Below the pieces are notes generated by a model that saw only the letters and a program-made list of their open reading frames with translations, was not told the DNA's origin and did not search any database. From positions 1-63,656 of IMG/VR virus record IMGVR_UViG_3300017771_003653: a DNA stretch of 63,656 nucleotides; one strand, 5' to 3'. Positions 9,321 through 19,705 of the stretch are shown here, piece by piece. The translations under genes and the position numbers were made by a program. This stretch comes from a virus (lineage: Duplodnaviria; Caudoviricetes). Positions within the stretch are counted from its first letter, which is position 1; the number at the start of each line of letters is the position of its first letter.

Positions 9321-10216
9321 AGTTCCTTCGCTAATTTTTCTGGTTCTGGTGGATTGTATTGCTTATCACCTTTTATTATGTTTAATTTTACATTAGAAAA
9401 GTTTAGACAAGGATGAAAATAAGATGCATCTCTTTCTTCAGGCACATCTGACAGCATACCATTATTATCAATCATACTTAACACTGTTTTACCACTTACA
9501 TTACCAAAAGATTGTACGTAGTGACAAGGACCTGAAATTGTGCTTATAACATGCTTGCAGCTTGGATGATGCACATAACTACAATATTCTTTTAGCGTAT
9601 CTACATACTCAATATTATCACTAATAAGATACTTTGTCTCTTTTCCAAAAACAAATACTCTACTAAAATATTTTTTTGCTATGCTTAAAAAGCGAGTCCA
9701 GTACTCTTTGTCTAAATTCCTTCTAGTGTCAGATCTTTTCAATCTAGGAATGCAAATTAAAAAATCATCTAATTTTTTGTCAAGAATATTTGAATCGTAT
9801 TTTATATTCTGAATTAGTTCTTTGTCTCTTTCATAATTTCCATAAAGAGGTCCTTTACTATTTGTGTAATACGGGAGATCTGCAATATGTTTGTCAAAGT
9901 TAACTGGTGAGATAAAGTCTAGAGCATCTATATCTTTGTGTTGTGTGTCGTAGCCTCTGTCTCCCCAATACTTTTCTTCAAAGTCCACAACAGTATCTAC
10001 TAAGTTCTCATACAAAAACTTTCTCTCTGGGAGTGTCACAACAATAGTTTTCCTATCTAACTTTCCTCTCTGAAGCTTATCGATGAAAGCAAGTCTATTT
10101 ATGATGAGCTCTGTTGCTGCTTCTGTCTGATCAGCAGGAGTTCCTGTTGTAAGTGCACCGTTACCACTATTATAGTTTGTTGTTCCTTTTGAAAGTATTG
10201 CGTATTTTTTAGCCAT
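9305..10216 (-). CDS. Hypothetical protein (possibly glycosyltransferase-like)
   Basis: 303 aa ORF in glycan island; no decisive motif. Confidence 0.45.
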   Translation of the reverse strand: MAKKYAILSKGTTNYNSGNGALTTGTPADQTEAATELIINRLAFIDKLQRGKLDRKTIVVTLPERKFLYENLVDTVVDFEEKYWGDRGYDTQHKDIDALDFISPVNFDKHIADLPYYTNSKGPLYGNYERDKELIQNIKYDSNILDKKLDDFLICIPRLKRSDTRRNLDKEYWTRFLSIAKKYFSRVFVFGKETKYLISDNIEYVDTLKEYCSYVHHPSCKHVISTISGPCHYVQSFGNVSGKTVLSMIDNNGMLSDVPEERDASYFHPCLNFSNVKLNIIKGDKQYNPPEPEKLAKELWEQE

Positions 10217-11129
10217 TTACTCTAAATAGTGTGTCTTTATCTTTTATCCTACTGTAAGTTAGTTTTATTCCTTCTTCTAGCTCAGTAAATTTAAAATCAT
10301 TTAAGATATTGAGCAGCTTAGAAGAATCTACATCTTTTCTAAACTGACCGTCTGGTTTTGTAGAATCATAAGTTATTGATAAGTTCTCTTTGCCAATTGC
10401 TGCCTTTGCAATTGAAGCCATCTCTGCTATTGAATAATTGAAGTTTGGAGCGACATTATAACCACCAAAAATTTTGTTTTCTATAAAATATAGAATTACC
10501 TTTGCTAAGTCAGCACCGTACATAAACTGCCTGAGTGGCTTTCCTGTTCCCCATAATTCTATGCTGTCATCTGATTCGTGAATTTTTTTAATCAGCGCAG
10601 AAACAAAGTGACTGTTGTGCTCTGTGTATTTATCATACTCGCCATAAAGATTGCATGGTATTAAATAAGACCACTTCTTGTCATACTGTTTTGTATAAGA
10701 TTCTATCTGAGATGCTGTACATCTTTTTGCTAAACCATACGTAAAGTTACTTTTTGGAGGTGGACCATTAAACAAATCTTTTTCTGTCATTGGGTAATTT
10801 TCAACAACATCAGGATACACGCATGTACTCAGCATTGTTATTACATTTTCAACATCATATTTGTGACAGAACTTAAGAACATTAGTATTCATTAAGATAT
10901 TTTCTTCTAAATATTCTACAGGATGTTTCATGTTATCAAGTAAACCCCCAACTCTTGCAGCTAAGTGTACAACAACATCAGGATTTGTTTCTTTTACCAT
11001 AAGTTCTGCTTGTCTACAGTCAGCTAAATTATAATCTTTAGATGATAGGTATGATGCGTTTGGTAAAATTTCTCTTAAGTGGCTTCCTACTAATCCGCTA
11101 CCACCTGTTACAACTATCTTTTTATTCAT
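10209..11129 (-). CDS. fcl: GDP-L-fucose synthase
   Basis: VTGGSGLVG, HLAARVGG, STCVYP, YGLAK, PCNLYG, WGTGKPLRQF, KPDGQ; start refined to MNKKIVV. Confidence 0.85.
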   Translation of the reverse strand: MNKKIVVTGGSGLVGSHLREILPNASYLSSKDYNLADCRQAELMVKETNPDVVVHLAARVGGLLDNMKHPVEYLEENILMNTNVLKFCHKYDVENVITMLSTCVYPDVVENYPMTEKDLFNGPPPKSNFTYGLAKRCTASQIESYTKQYDKKWSYLIPCNLYGEYDKYTEHNSHFVSALIKKIHESDDSIELWGTGKPLRQFMYGADLAKVILYFIENKIFGGYNVAPNFNYSIAEMASIAKAAIGKENLSITYDSTKPDGQFRKDVDSSKLLNILNDFKFTELEEGIKLTYSRIKDKDTLFRVNG

Positions 11130-11130
11130 T

Positions 11131-12705
11131 TTATTCTCCAAATAAATAATCATCGACAATTACATAGTCTAGCTCTGTATTGTCTAGGACATGAAGTGCA
11201 TCTTCGATCTTTGTCAAAATAGGATTGCCAAGTATATTAAAAGAAGTATTTAAGATAACTGATACATGTCCTTGATTATCTAATTCTTTTAAGATTTCAT
11301 AGAATCCTTTGTGCTGATCTTCTGTCACTGTTTGCAGACGTGATGTTTTATCGATATGTGTTATTGCACTTAACTCTTCTTCATATTCTGCTTTTACTGT
11401 AGGAGCAAAGCTCATATACTTTGACTCAAATACATTATTAAAATATTTAGAAGCATTTTCTAGTCTTGCAACAGGAGCAAAAGGCCTGTACCATTCTCTA
11501 AATTTGACTTTTGAGTTTAGTGTATCTTTCATGTCAGGAAAAGAAGGGTCACAAATAATACTTCTGTTTCCTAATGCTCTTGGACCTACTTCAGAACAAC
11601 CTGTAACCATGCCTATTAGTTTGCCACTTTTTAAAAGAGAAACTATTTCTGGTGTTTTAATTTTTCTTGCATTTCTTTTAGTAACGTAGTCATCTAATTT
11701 GTTGTAGTCAAGTAATTCCCAGCCATTGTAATGTAGATCTTCAGGGTGTATTTTATTATGAAGTAAAAATTGACCGAGAGCAAGACCACAATCATTTGGA
11801 TTCGGTGGAACATATAATTTTCTTCCTGTGATTGACAATTCTTCATATAATATCTGATTAAACAATACGTTCAGTGCACAACCCCCTACTAATACCACAT
11901 CATGATCTTTGTACTCATCGATTAATGGACTTAAAATATCCATAGCAATTGTTTCAAAAACATACTGAGATGTTGCAGCTAAGTCATAACTATTCATACC
12001 TTCTAGACTGTCAAATGATAAGTCTAATTTAATATCCCTACCAAGTGTTTCTAGTGACATATGTTTATAATAGTCATGCATTGGTTCAACCCAATCTTTT
12101 CTAACTTCACCATAAGCGCATAATCCCATAACTTTTCCTGCATAAACCAACGAATGCGCATCGCTGTCAGGGCCTGGCTTTATTTCTGATATAGGCATTC
12201 CGATGTGTCCGTAAGCAACCCCTAGATTTATAAATTCATATGTTTGAATTGTCTTAATTTTATCATCTTCTGCTAAGTAAGAAGCTGTGTATATTATTTC
12301 ATCAAAATCATTTCCACCTCCGTCTATTGATAATATAATTGCTTTGTCAAAGCCTGACTGGAAATATCCGCTAGCTGCATGTGCTCTATGATGCTCCATT
12401 CTTATAAACTCACATTTTGGAAAATGTTCTGCTATAAAGCTTATATCTTCAGGATTTAATTCATTGTAAATTACAGTTGCAATCTTTTCTTTTGTATTTG
12501 CCTTTATGTACTCGAGGAAAGCACTACGCTCTTCGTCATTGCTTCCCATCTTTGGACCTCTTGCATCCATTTTCTTTTTAAAAGATCCGTAACGCTTGTT
12601 AACAAATCTTTCATACTCTAAAACTTTTATATTGTCATCTTTGTCTATGAAAGTTGCTGCTGCGTCATGTGATCCATAAATACTTAATACTTGCTCTTTA
12701 CTCAT
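11131..12705 (-). CDS. NodU/CmcH-family carbamoyltransferase
   Basis: SHDAA, HHRAHA, DGGG, GGCALN, GPRALGNRSI, FREWYRPFAP, LNTSFN. Confidence 0.9.
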   Translation of the reverse strand: MSKEQVLSIYGSHDAAATFIDKDDNIKVLEYERFVNKRYGSFKKKMDARGPKMGSNDEERSAFLEYIKANTKEKIATVIYNELNPEDISFIAEHFPKCEFIRMEHHRAHAASGYFQSGFDKAIILSIDGGGNDFDEIIYTASYLAEDDKIKTIQTYEFINLGVAYGHIGMPISEIKPGPDSDAHSLVYAGKVMGLCAYGEVRKDWVEPMHDYYKHMSLETLGRDIKLDLSFDSLEGMNSYDLAATSQYVFETIAMDILSPLIDEYKDHDVVLVGGCALNVLFNQILYEELSITGRKLYVPPNPNDCGLALGQFLLHNKIHPEDLHYNGWELLDYNKLDDYVTKRNARKIKTPEIVSLLKSGKLIGMVTGCSEVGPRALGNRSIICDPSFPDMKDTLNSKVKFREWYRPFAPVARLENASKYFNNVFESKYMSFAPTVKAEYEEELSAITHIDKTSRLQTVTEDQHKGFYEILKELDNQGHVSVILNTSFNILGNPILTKIEDALHVLDNTELDYVIVDDYLFGE

Positions 12706-13582
12706 GTTTAAATAGCTCCGGATATTCAGTTTTTATTATATTTTTATAATACCACTCTTCTGGTATTTCATAATCTTTTGCTTTTACAAAGTTGTCTAAC
12801 ATTGCGTCTGTCATATCTTTGTATTTTTCTACTGATAGATTCTTAATAATTTTTTCGACATCATACAGTGGAGGTGTGTTGTTTAATATAATCATTCCGT
12901 CTGTATTGAAATACTCATCAACATTTGGACATCCCCAATAAATTGGTATTGTTCCTGTCAGAAAGGGATCTATTAGTTTTTCTGTAAAATAGTCATTTGT
13001 TCTTATATTTTCTATCACTATTGTGAACATAAAATCTGTAAGTCCTATCTCTTTATATTCTATTGGTGTTGGTGATCCGTTTCCAAAAAGCTCCAATCCT
13101 GCAACGTTGTTCGCAATATCATGTCTCAACATGTGACCTAGTTCTTGTTTTTTATTTGAGTAAATCATTGAAACCAGTCTACGCTTTTCTTTTTCTGCAT
13201 TTTGGTTTTCTTTCTTTATCCATCCGCCACCAAACGGAGTAAACCTTGCCTTATCAGGATATTGCTCTATCAGTGACTTATCATTTGTCATTATTAGATC
13301 TAAATCTTTTACACTATCATGAAATGATTGTGGGATTGTTCCAATTCTCTCGATCAACCATCCAATCTTTATTTCTGAGTTAACAGAGCTTACATTCTCA
13401 GGAGTTATAAGAGAGTCAGTGAATATTGTTATGCCCTCCCAGTCTCTATTTCCTCTGACGTACTTTATGCTTGTTGGTTTTTTAATACTGTTTGGGTGTC
13501 CAGCCATAGAGTAATGACCGTCAGGTGTTTCTAAGTGCCCGAAAGAGGCGTCAATTAAATTAATTGTTACTGGATAGTTCAT
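12698..13582 (-). CDS. GT10-like (alpha-1,3-fucosyltransferase-like) glycosyltransferase
   Basis: FTIVIEN...DYFTEKL...GTIPIYWG motif. Confidence 0.75.
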   Translation of the reverse strand: MNYPVTINLIDASFGHLETPDGHYSMAGHPNSIKKPTSIKYVRGNRDWEGITIFTDSLITPENVSSVNSEIKIGWLIERIGTIPQSFHDSVKDLDLIMTNDKSLIEQYPDKARFTPFGGGWIKKENQNAEKEKRRLVSMIYSNKKQELGHMLRHDIANNVAGLELFGNGSPTPIEYKEIGLTDFMFTIVIENIRTNDYFTEKLIDPFLTGTIPIYWGCPNVDEYFNTDGMIILNNTPPLYDVEKIIKNLSVEKYKDMTDAMLDNFVKAKDYEIPEEWYYKNIIKTEYPELFKHE

Positions 13583-15152
13583 CTATTGTTTTCCACTCCT
13601 TTGGAAATAAATCTCTTGTGTTTACTGTGCTTGGCTGTGAGGGACCAAACCACTCATTAGGTATAATGACTTCTTTACCGTCGTTAACGTTTAAGAATGC
13701 ACCCCACCAACTAAATGTTGAATTTGCTATTATGTTGTGATTGCACCAAGTCATTATGTACATATCCATCCAGTCAGTCTCTGCTTCCATATAGTATATG
13801 TCAAATTTACCATCACTCAAATTTTCTTTACACCATCTAATATCATCGCTAAAGCACATAAATCTAACATCTTCTCCAAAGTATTCCATTGCTTCTAAAT
13901 AGTATGATGCTGGAAGAACAGTGTGATAGTCACTCAAATTTACAAAGTCTCCTCTTCTTACATGAAGTGAAACTGTTTTCTTATCAAATAAGTGACCGTA
14001 TGTATTACTCATTGCAACTTTTTCTGCTTCATTTGGTGAAAACAACTTGACAATATCATCTTTGTATTTTTCAAAATATTTGTAAGACTGATAATAACCG
14101 TCTACGTAAATTCTTTTGTTTAAGAATTGTTGTGTATCTATAGGTTCATAATTATACTGCCCCTCTTTAAATAAGAGTGCATCTTCTCCCATCTGCTGTG
14201 TCTCAGGAAGATTTTTAAATATGTTTAATTTATAATTTGTTGGGTGTCCATGCAATGTGCCAATATGAACATAGTCTACTGCAAACTTAGATTTTACGTC
14301 TTTTGCAAAAGAATATGATGCAGCTATTTGAAACATCATGTTTCCAAGACCTCCTGCAAGCTTAGGCACTACTAATCCGTTGTCATCTGCAATCTCTTGG
14401 TAAGGTAACTTTGCTCTGCACTCTGTTTCCATTTCCCAATGATTCTCTTGTGATTGTCTTTCTGCTGTATTACCATCCGCATCTTCCCCGCCATTCCAAA
14501 CATAGCTTGTAAAGTCCAATACACCAATTCTTTCTTTTGGACACATTTCTAAGCAAGGGTATGATGTTGCAAGATCTTCTGCATGATAGTACTCATTTGT
14601 TTTTGTGTACCTTAAGTCTTTATCTTTTATTTTTTCGTACAACCACCACTTAAAAGATCTGAGATGACTTGCTCTCCATAAATCTTGCCTATAAGCATTC
14701 ATTGCATGAACGTTAGGTGGGTAATGTGAATTTTGTGGATGAGCCTGATCTATTCTATCTCCACCTCTCCAGCATACCATTCCTCCGTATGTCATCCAGA
14801 TTTTTTGATTATTGTAAAACTCATTTACTTTTTCTAAAACACCTGCATGCGGCAACCAGTCATCCCCGTCTACAAATAAAAGTATTTCTTCAGGATCATT
14901 AAAAAAGTGTGCTAAGTTTTTAGGTGCAACATTGTAAGGCCTTTTTCTATTAACCTCATTATTTTGAAGTGTCCACTTAGGGTCATCACCTACTAATTTA
15001 TGATATAACTCTTCTGTATTGTCTGTTGATTTGTCATTTATATAGAGTACTTCATAGAACGCATAGTTTTGTTCTTGAATACTTTCTATATTTGTCTGTA
15101 TCCATTTCTCATTATTGTAAGATGGGACTACTATTTTAAATTTATTGTTCAT
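13560..15152 (-). CDS. GT2 + GT11 (alpha-1,2-fucosyltransferase-like) fusion
   Basis: N-term VVPSYN, NDKSTD, VDGDD; C-term GGLGNMMFQ, LHVRRGD, NSTFSWWGA. Confidence 0.8.
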   Translation of the reverse strand: MNNKFKIVVPSYNNEKWIQTNIESIQEQNYAFYEVLYINDKSTDNTEELYHKLVGDDPKWTLQNNEVNRKRPYNVAPKNLAHFFNDPEEILLFVDGDDWLPHAGVLEKVNEFYNNQKIWMTYGGMVCWRGGDRIDQAHPQNSHYPPNVHAMNAYRQDLWRASHLRSFKWWLYEKIKDKDLRYTKTNEYYHAEDLATSYPCLEMCPKERIGVLDFTSYVWNGGEDADGNTAERQSQENHWEMETECRAKLPYQEIADDNGLVVPKLAGGLGNMMFQIAASYSFAKDVKSKFAVDYVHIGTLHGHPTNYKLNIFKNLPETQQMGEDALLFKEGQYNYEPIDTQQFLNKRIYVDGYYQSYKYFEKYKDDIVKLFSPNEAEKVAMSNTYGHLFDKKTVSLHVRRGDFVNLSDYHTVLPASYYLEAMEYFGEDVRFMCFSDDIRWCKENLSDGKFDIYYMEAETDWMDMYIMTWCNHNIIANSTFSWWGAFLNVNDGKEVIIPNEWFGPSQPSTVNTRDLFPKEWKTIDELSSNN

Positions 15153-16131
15153 AATTCCTCATAAAATTTTTAAACCATACATCTTCTGAGTATTCTTTTT
15201 TGTAAAACTCTTTAGCTTTTTCAGAAACGTCATTTCTAAAGTTTTCTTCATCTCTTAATTTTACTGCTAGTTCAACTGCTTTTTCTACATCATCATTTTC
15301 AACTGAAAGATCTGGAAAGCATATTCTTTGTGTATCAACTTTTTGATTTCCTATGCAGGGTATTCCCCAATAAGCACAGTTTAAACTAAATGTTCCTGCT
15401 GCAACTGTTGGCATTAAGTGAACTGCATATTTAAAAGTAGATAATGTTCTCATCCATTCAGTCCAATTCATTCTTGGTAAATGCTCTAACTCTTGTATTC
15501 TTGCCTCATCTTGCATCATTGCATGTGAAGTTTGTGTGTACACTTGATTTCTAAAATGAGATGCTACTGTAAAGCTTTGAAAACCTCCGTACCATCTTGC
15601 AAAATTACCACCAATGATAGTTTTATCTAGCTTTGGTCCATTCATGTCTTCAACATTATCTGTTATCATTAGTGTTCTCATGTCAAAAACTTTCTTACCT
15701 GGAAATAATCCTTTGTAAAATTTAACGTCTGATTTGTTATGAGCAAGTATCATGTCAGTTTGACTTAACTGGTTATAAAAACCGATCTGCTCTTTAATAT
15801 CATAATCATTAAATAGCCAGCAAGGACCTTCTTGCATATAAGCAACTTTTTTATTATTTGACTTTAACATTTTTATAAAATCGTATGTTAAAAAATCACT
15901 TATAGGATTTTGTTGATCTTCATGCATTCTAACACCAACTGCATTTTTAAACACCAGGCCTTTCGGTAATATTACAATTACAAGATCATAATTCTGTATG
16001 CTAGCACCTGCGTCAATTGGATAGTGCTCTGCATCTAATTTGCACATCCATGCAAACTCAGTCCTCATATTATGGTGTTCTCTTCCTACCTTTCCTCTGT
16101 TTGGTAATTCAGATGTAAATGCTATCTTCAA
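15142..16131 (-). CDS. Putative GT-B glycosyltransferase
   Basis: C-terminal AGTFSLNCAYWGIPCIG GT-B-like segment; glycan-island context. Confidence 0.55.
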   Translation of the reverse strand: MKIAFTSELPNRGKVGREHHNMRTEFAWMCKLDAEHYPIDAGASIQNYDLVIVILPKGLVFKNAVGVRMHEDQQNPISDFLTYDFIKMLKSNNKKVAYMQEGPCWLFNDYDIKEQIGFYNQLSQTDMILAHNKSDVKFYKGLFPGKKVFDMRTLMITDNVEDMNGPKLDKTIIGGNFARWYGGFQSFTVASHFRNQVYTQTSHAMMQDEARIQELEHLPRMNWTEWMRTLSTFKYAVHLMPTVAAGTFSLNCAYWGIPCIGNQKVDTQRICFPDLSVENDDVEKAVELAVKLRDEENFRNDVSEKAKEFYKKEYSEDVWFKNFMRNYEQ

Positions 16132-17417
16132 TGTATCTCCAATAAGCTCATGTCAAATGGTGGATTTTCAACTAATAATTCAGGGTTTCTTATTGCCTTT
16201 TTCCTGATGTGTATTTTTAAATTTCCGTACTCGTACTCACCAAAATCATATTCTTCTATTACCTTATTGACAGTGTGACATACTTCTTGTACTTCTCTTA
16301 CCCATGCTTCTTGAGTTTCTGGAGTTGGTGGTGTTCCTGCAACTAAGACTTTGTACTGATTTTGCTTTGGCAAACCTATTTTTATCTTACTAGACAGATC
16401 TGTCTTATTGTAATATCGGCTTGCAACTTTCCAATCATTCTCAGTAAAACCGAGCAGCTTATTTGCATATATATGCTCTTCGTCTTGTAGCTCTGTGATA
16501 TACGCTTGTTTTATCTCATGCTTAGGTATCCACACTCTTGAGAAGTACGGTTCTATTTCTGCTAATAAAGCTAAGCTTGGTGGAAAATTAAAAGCAAAGT
16601 CACAGTCGTATTTGTTTACTTTTTCTGTGTGAGAAAAATGTCCCCACTTTCTTAAAAATCTTCTTAACTCTATAATGTCTGCGCTCTGTTGTATTTGTAC
16701 TCTTTCTTGTGCTTTGTTATTGTCACTTTTAAACCAATCTTTTCCTCTAGAAGTAACACATGTAAAATGATACACTATTGCACCAAAAGTCTGTTTAATT
16801 TCTACACCTTGATGTCGAAGCCTCATTAATAAGTCACTGTCTTCTCTAGACCTTCTAAACATTGTGTCATAACCGCCTGCATCTTGCCATGTTTTTTTAT
16901 AGAAAGTAAACGGTGCAAAGAAGTACTCCATTGTTTTCTCTTCTTTACTTTCTTTTGCAAAGTGATTAAATTTACTAAAATCAAAATCATCAGGCTCTAG
17001 TCCAAAGTCTTTTGTAATGACTTCTTGTGATGTTCCGTGCAAAGGCGGCTCTATTCTTGTAGAGCTTAAAATTTGATTAGGTTTTACATACTTTAAAATA
17101 TCTTCATCATAATTTTCTGAGATAACCATGTCTGATTGAAGGTAACTTACGATTTCATGTTTGGCTAGTTCAACTAATAAATTGTTATTTCTAGCATATC
17201 CAATACAAGGCTTTACTTTATGAGTAACAATTTTTAGATCTTTAAACTTGCTTTTTTGAGTTTTTAACCATTCTGCTGTTCCTTCATTATCTGAATCAAC
17301 AAAAATTATTATTTCATGAGCATCTGATTTTAAGTTGATTATCAAAGACTTTACTAAAAGCTTAAGATGATTAAGCGTGTCATTTGAACAGTTAATTAAA
17401 AAACTAATTTTTTGCAT
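16128..17417 (-). CDS. GT2-family glycosyltransferase
   Basis: ISFLI, EIIIFVD, QSDM, GGYD..F...EDSD. Confidence 0.7.
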   Translation of the reverse strand: MQKISFLINCSNDTLNHLKLLVKSLIINLKSDAHEIIIFVDSDNEGTAEWLKTQKSKFKDLKIVTHKVKPCIGYARNNNLLVELAKHEIVSYLQSDMVISENYDEDILKYVKPNQILSSTRIEPPLHGTSQEVITKDFGLEPDDFDFSKFNHFAKESKEEKTMEYFFAPFTFYKKTWQDAGGYDTMFRRSREDSDLLMRLRHQGVEIKQTFGAIVYHFTCVTSRGKDWFKSDNNKAQERVQIQQSADIIELRRFLRKWGHFSHTEKVNKYDCDFAFNFPPSLALLAEIEPYFSRVWIPKHEIKQAYITELQDEEHIYANKLLGFTENDWKVASRYYNKTDLSSKIKIGLPKQNQYKVLVAGTPPTPETQEAWVREVQEVCHTVNKVIEEYDFGEYEYGNLKIHIRKKAIRNPELLVENPPFDMSLLEIH

Positions 17418-18201
17418 TCATTGCCTCCAAACCTTTTGATAAACCTGCCAGTTTATCTTTCATAAAAATTTCTATGTGACTTAATTGTGTTGAATTGCCT
17501 GTGTATTCATCTCCTGTTGGATTTCCAATTACAACTTTTAATTCTGGCCTGTACTTTTCTTTTATCATATTTGCAATATCAGAAAGCTTGTGTTTTTCTT
17601 CATATACACAATCTATATCTTTTATTCTTTCATTGTATGCAGATCTGCTGTCTCCGAGACCACCATCAATTAGAAACTTACATACCCTTGCAACGTCTTC
17701 AACATAAAAGAAGTCAAACTCTATATCATCTGCTACAATTATTTCTTCTCTTTCAAAACATCTTTTGATAAATCTTGTTTCCATCTCATCAGGCCCAAAG
17801 CATCCATATAATCTTAAGTTGTAAGAGTTTTTCCTGCCATTTATTAATCTTGTAGTAATTTTCTTTGCTAGTCCGTATGCAGTATTTTCATTTCTAAATT
17901 CTGCTCCTGAGCTGAAGTTTATTAATACTTGTTCATCATTTATTTCAGACATTAGATTCTCTATCATTGCCATATTATCACAAAAAACACTTTTATCATC
18001 TACGTCTTTTCTATTTCCGCCTACAACTGCTGTATTTATTATTACATCATAAAATTCTAATGCTCTTCTATGTATGCTTTCTTTATCTAGAAGATTTAGT
18101 TGATCTTTTCCTAAGCAGTGAACTTCATAGTCTCCTCTTAAATACTCATCTAATACTTTTGCAACAAAACCGTTGCCTCCTGTTATTAATACTCTAGACA
18201 T
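17404..18201 (-). CDS. NAD-dependent epimerase/dehydratase
   Basis: ITGGNGFVA, SSGA, YGLAK; start refined to MSRVL. Confidence 0.8.
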   Translation of the reverse strand: MSRVLITGGNGFVAKVLDEYLRGDYEVHCLGKDQLNLLDKESIHRRALEFYDVIINTAVVGGNRKDVDDKSVFCDNMAMIENLMSEINDEQVLINFSSGAEFRNENTAYGLAKKITTRLINGRKNSYNLRLYGCFGPDEMETRFIKRCFEREEIIVADDIEFDFFYVEDVARVCKFLIDGGLGDSRSAYNERIKDIDCVYEEKHKLSDIANMIKEKYRPELKVVIGNPTGDEYTGNSTQLSHIEIFMKDKLAGLSKGLEAMNAKN

Positions 18202-19073
18202 TGATATTCTCCTGTAATCCAATTAAGTACATCTATTTTTGGCTCCCAGTCAAGTAACTCCATTGCTGTTCTATTATCTGAGCACCTCGTCTCTCTCATC
18301 TCTCCTGGTGTTGCTGGAATATATTTTGTTGGATAATCTTCACCAAATGCTGCTGCTAATTGATTTATTGAATAATTTTTTCCAGTTCCTAACTCCAGTG
18401 TCATTCCTGAAAACTTCATGTCAACTTCTCCCCACATTGCCCTTAGACATTTTTCTATTGCTTTTCCAATATCTTCAGCATGAATAAAGTCTCTTCTTTG
18501 TTCACCATCACCTGTAATTGTTAGCGGTCGTCCTTCTTTAAACAGCCTGTCAAAAACTCCTAGCACATTACAATATGCACCCTCAGTTGCTGCGTGAGGA
18601 CCAAATACATTATAAAATCTAGTTATGCACGAAGGGACATCGTATATCAAGCTATACATTTTTATAATTTCTTCAGCCTGATGTTTTGTGAATGTGTAAG
18701 GATTTGCCATTATATTTCCATGCACAGAAGATGTTCCTGCGTAAACTACTGGGATCTTATTTCTTCTTGCATCTTCCATTATATTGACAGTTGCAGCAAC
18801 ATTATTAGAAAAAGTCATTCTTGGCTTTTCAAAAGAAGGTTGTATTCTTGACATGCCTGCTAAATGTATTATTGCATCTGGCTTCTGTGCAAATATTGAT
18901 ATGTACTTTACAGTAGACAGATCTAAATCGTAATATTTGCATCCTTCTTGTTCATTCTCTTTTTTCCCTGTTGAATAATCATCAATTGAAGTTACATCGT
19001 AACCTTTCTTTAATAAAACTTTTATAACATTTGTACCTATAAAACCAGCGCCTCCTGTTACTAATATTTTCAT
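18186..19073 (-). CDS. NAD-dependent epimerase/dehydratase (UDP-glucose 4-epimerase-like)
   Basis: VTGGAGFIG, YTFTK, RFYNVFGP, GDGEQRRDFIH; start refined to MKILV. Confidence 0.85.
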   Translation of the reverse strand: MKILVTGGAGFIGTNVIKVLLKKGYDVTSIDDYSTGKKENEQEGCKYYDLDLSTVKYISIFAQKPDAIIHLAGMSRIQPSFEKPRMTFSNNVAATVNIMEDARRNKIPVVYAGTSSVHGNIMANPYTFTKHQAEEIIKMYSLIYDVPSCITRFYNVFGPHAATEGAYCNVLGVFDRLFKEGRPLTITGDGEQRRDFIHAEDIGKAIEKCLRAMWGEVDMKFSGMTLELGTGKNYSINQLAAAFGEDYPTKYIPATPGEMRETRCSDNRTAMELLDWEPKIDVLNWITGEYQCLEY

Positions 19074-19699
19074 CTTAATATCTCCGCGTATTTTTGATTT
19101 TGACTTTCTTGTTTTTGTATTGTTTTTGGGTGATACAAACACCACTGTTCTTCATAAGGTAAGAAAGCATCTTTTTTTGCACCGATAAGCCTTTCGTGAA
19201 CTGGTCTTACCCATTCAATATGATCTGCATTCTTATAAATTCTCTGTTGAGGATCTGGCCAGTTTACCCATCCGTTCTCTTCTACTCTCCAGTTCCACAT
19301 TTTAATATGATCATCTGTAAGACCTTCTACTGTGTTTACTCTTGGCACCCAATATAGTTCTACTTCTGGATTTGTTGATATAAGAGCTTTGATATTCTGC
19401 ATTAAAAACTGATTTGGTATTTCATCAGCATCTATATTAACAATCCAATCACCACTGCATTGTTTATTCATAAAGTTTTTATGAACTGAAAAGTCGCTAT
19501 ACAGTGCATGCTCTACAAATTTTATATGATGCCATTGATCATGTATGTATTCATCAAAAACATTCAATGTCTTATAATCAGAGTGATCGTCGATAATTAC
19601 TAATTCATCTTCAGGGTCTTTATTTTCAAGTATAAAGGGAATTAATTTTGCTATTTCTTTATGTTCGTTGTGTGTTGTAACCGCGTAACTTATTTTCAT
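19070..19699 (-). CDS. GT2-family glycosyltransferase
   Basis: ISYAVTTHNE, IIDDHSD, IDADE, PDPQQR, VHE. Confidence 0.8.
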   Translation of the reverse strand: MKISYAVTTHNEHKEIAKLIPFILENKDPEDELVIIDDHSDYKTLNVFDEYIHDQWHHIKFVEHALYSDFSVHKNFMNKQCSGDWIVNIDADEIPNQFLMQNIKALISTNPEVELYWVPRVNTVEGLTDDHIKMWNWRVEENGWVNWPDPQQRIYKNADHIEWVRPVHERLIGAKKDAFLPYEEQWCLYHPKTIQKQESQNQKYAEILR

Positions 19700-19705
19700 T
19701 TTCTT

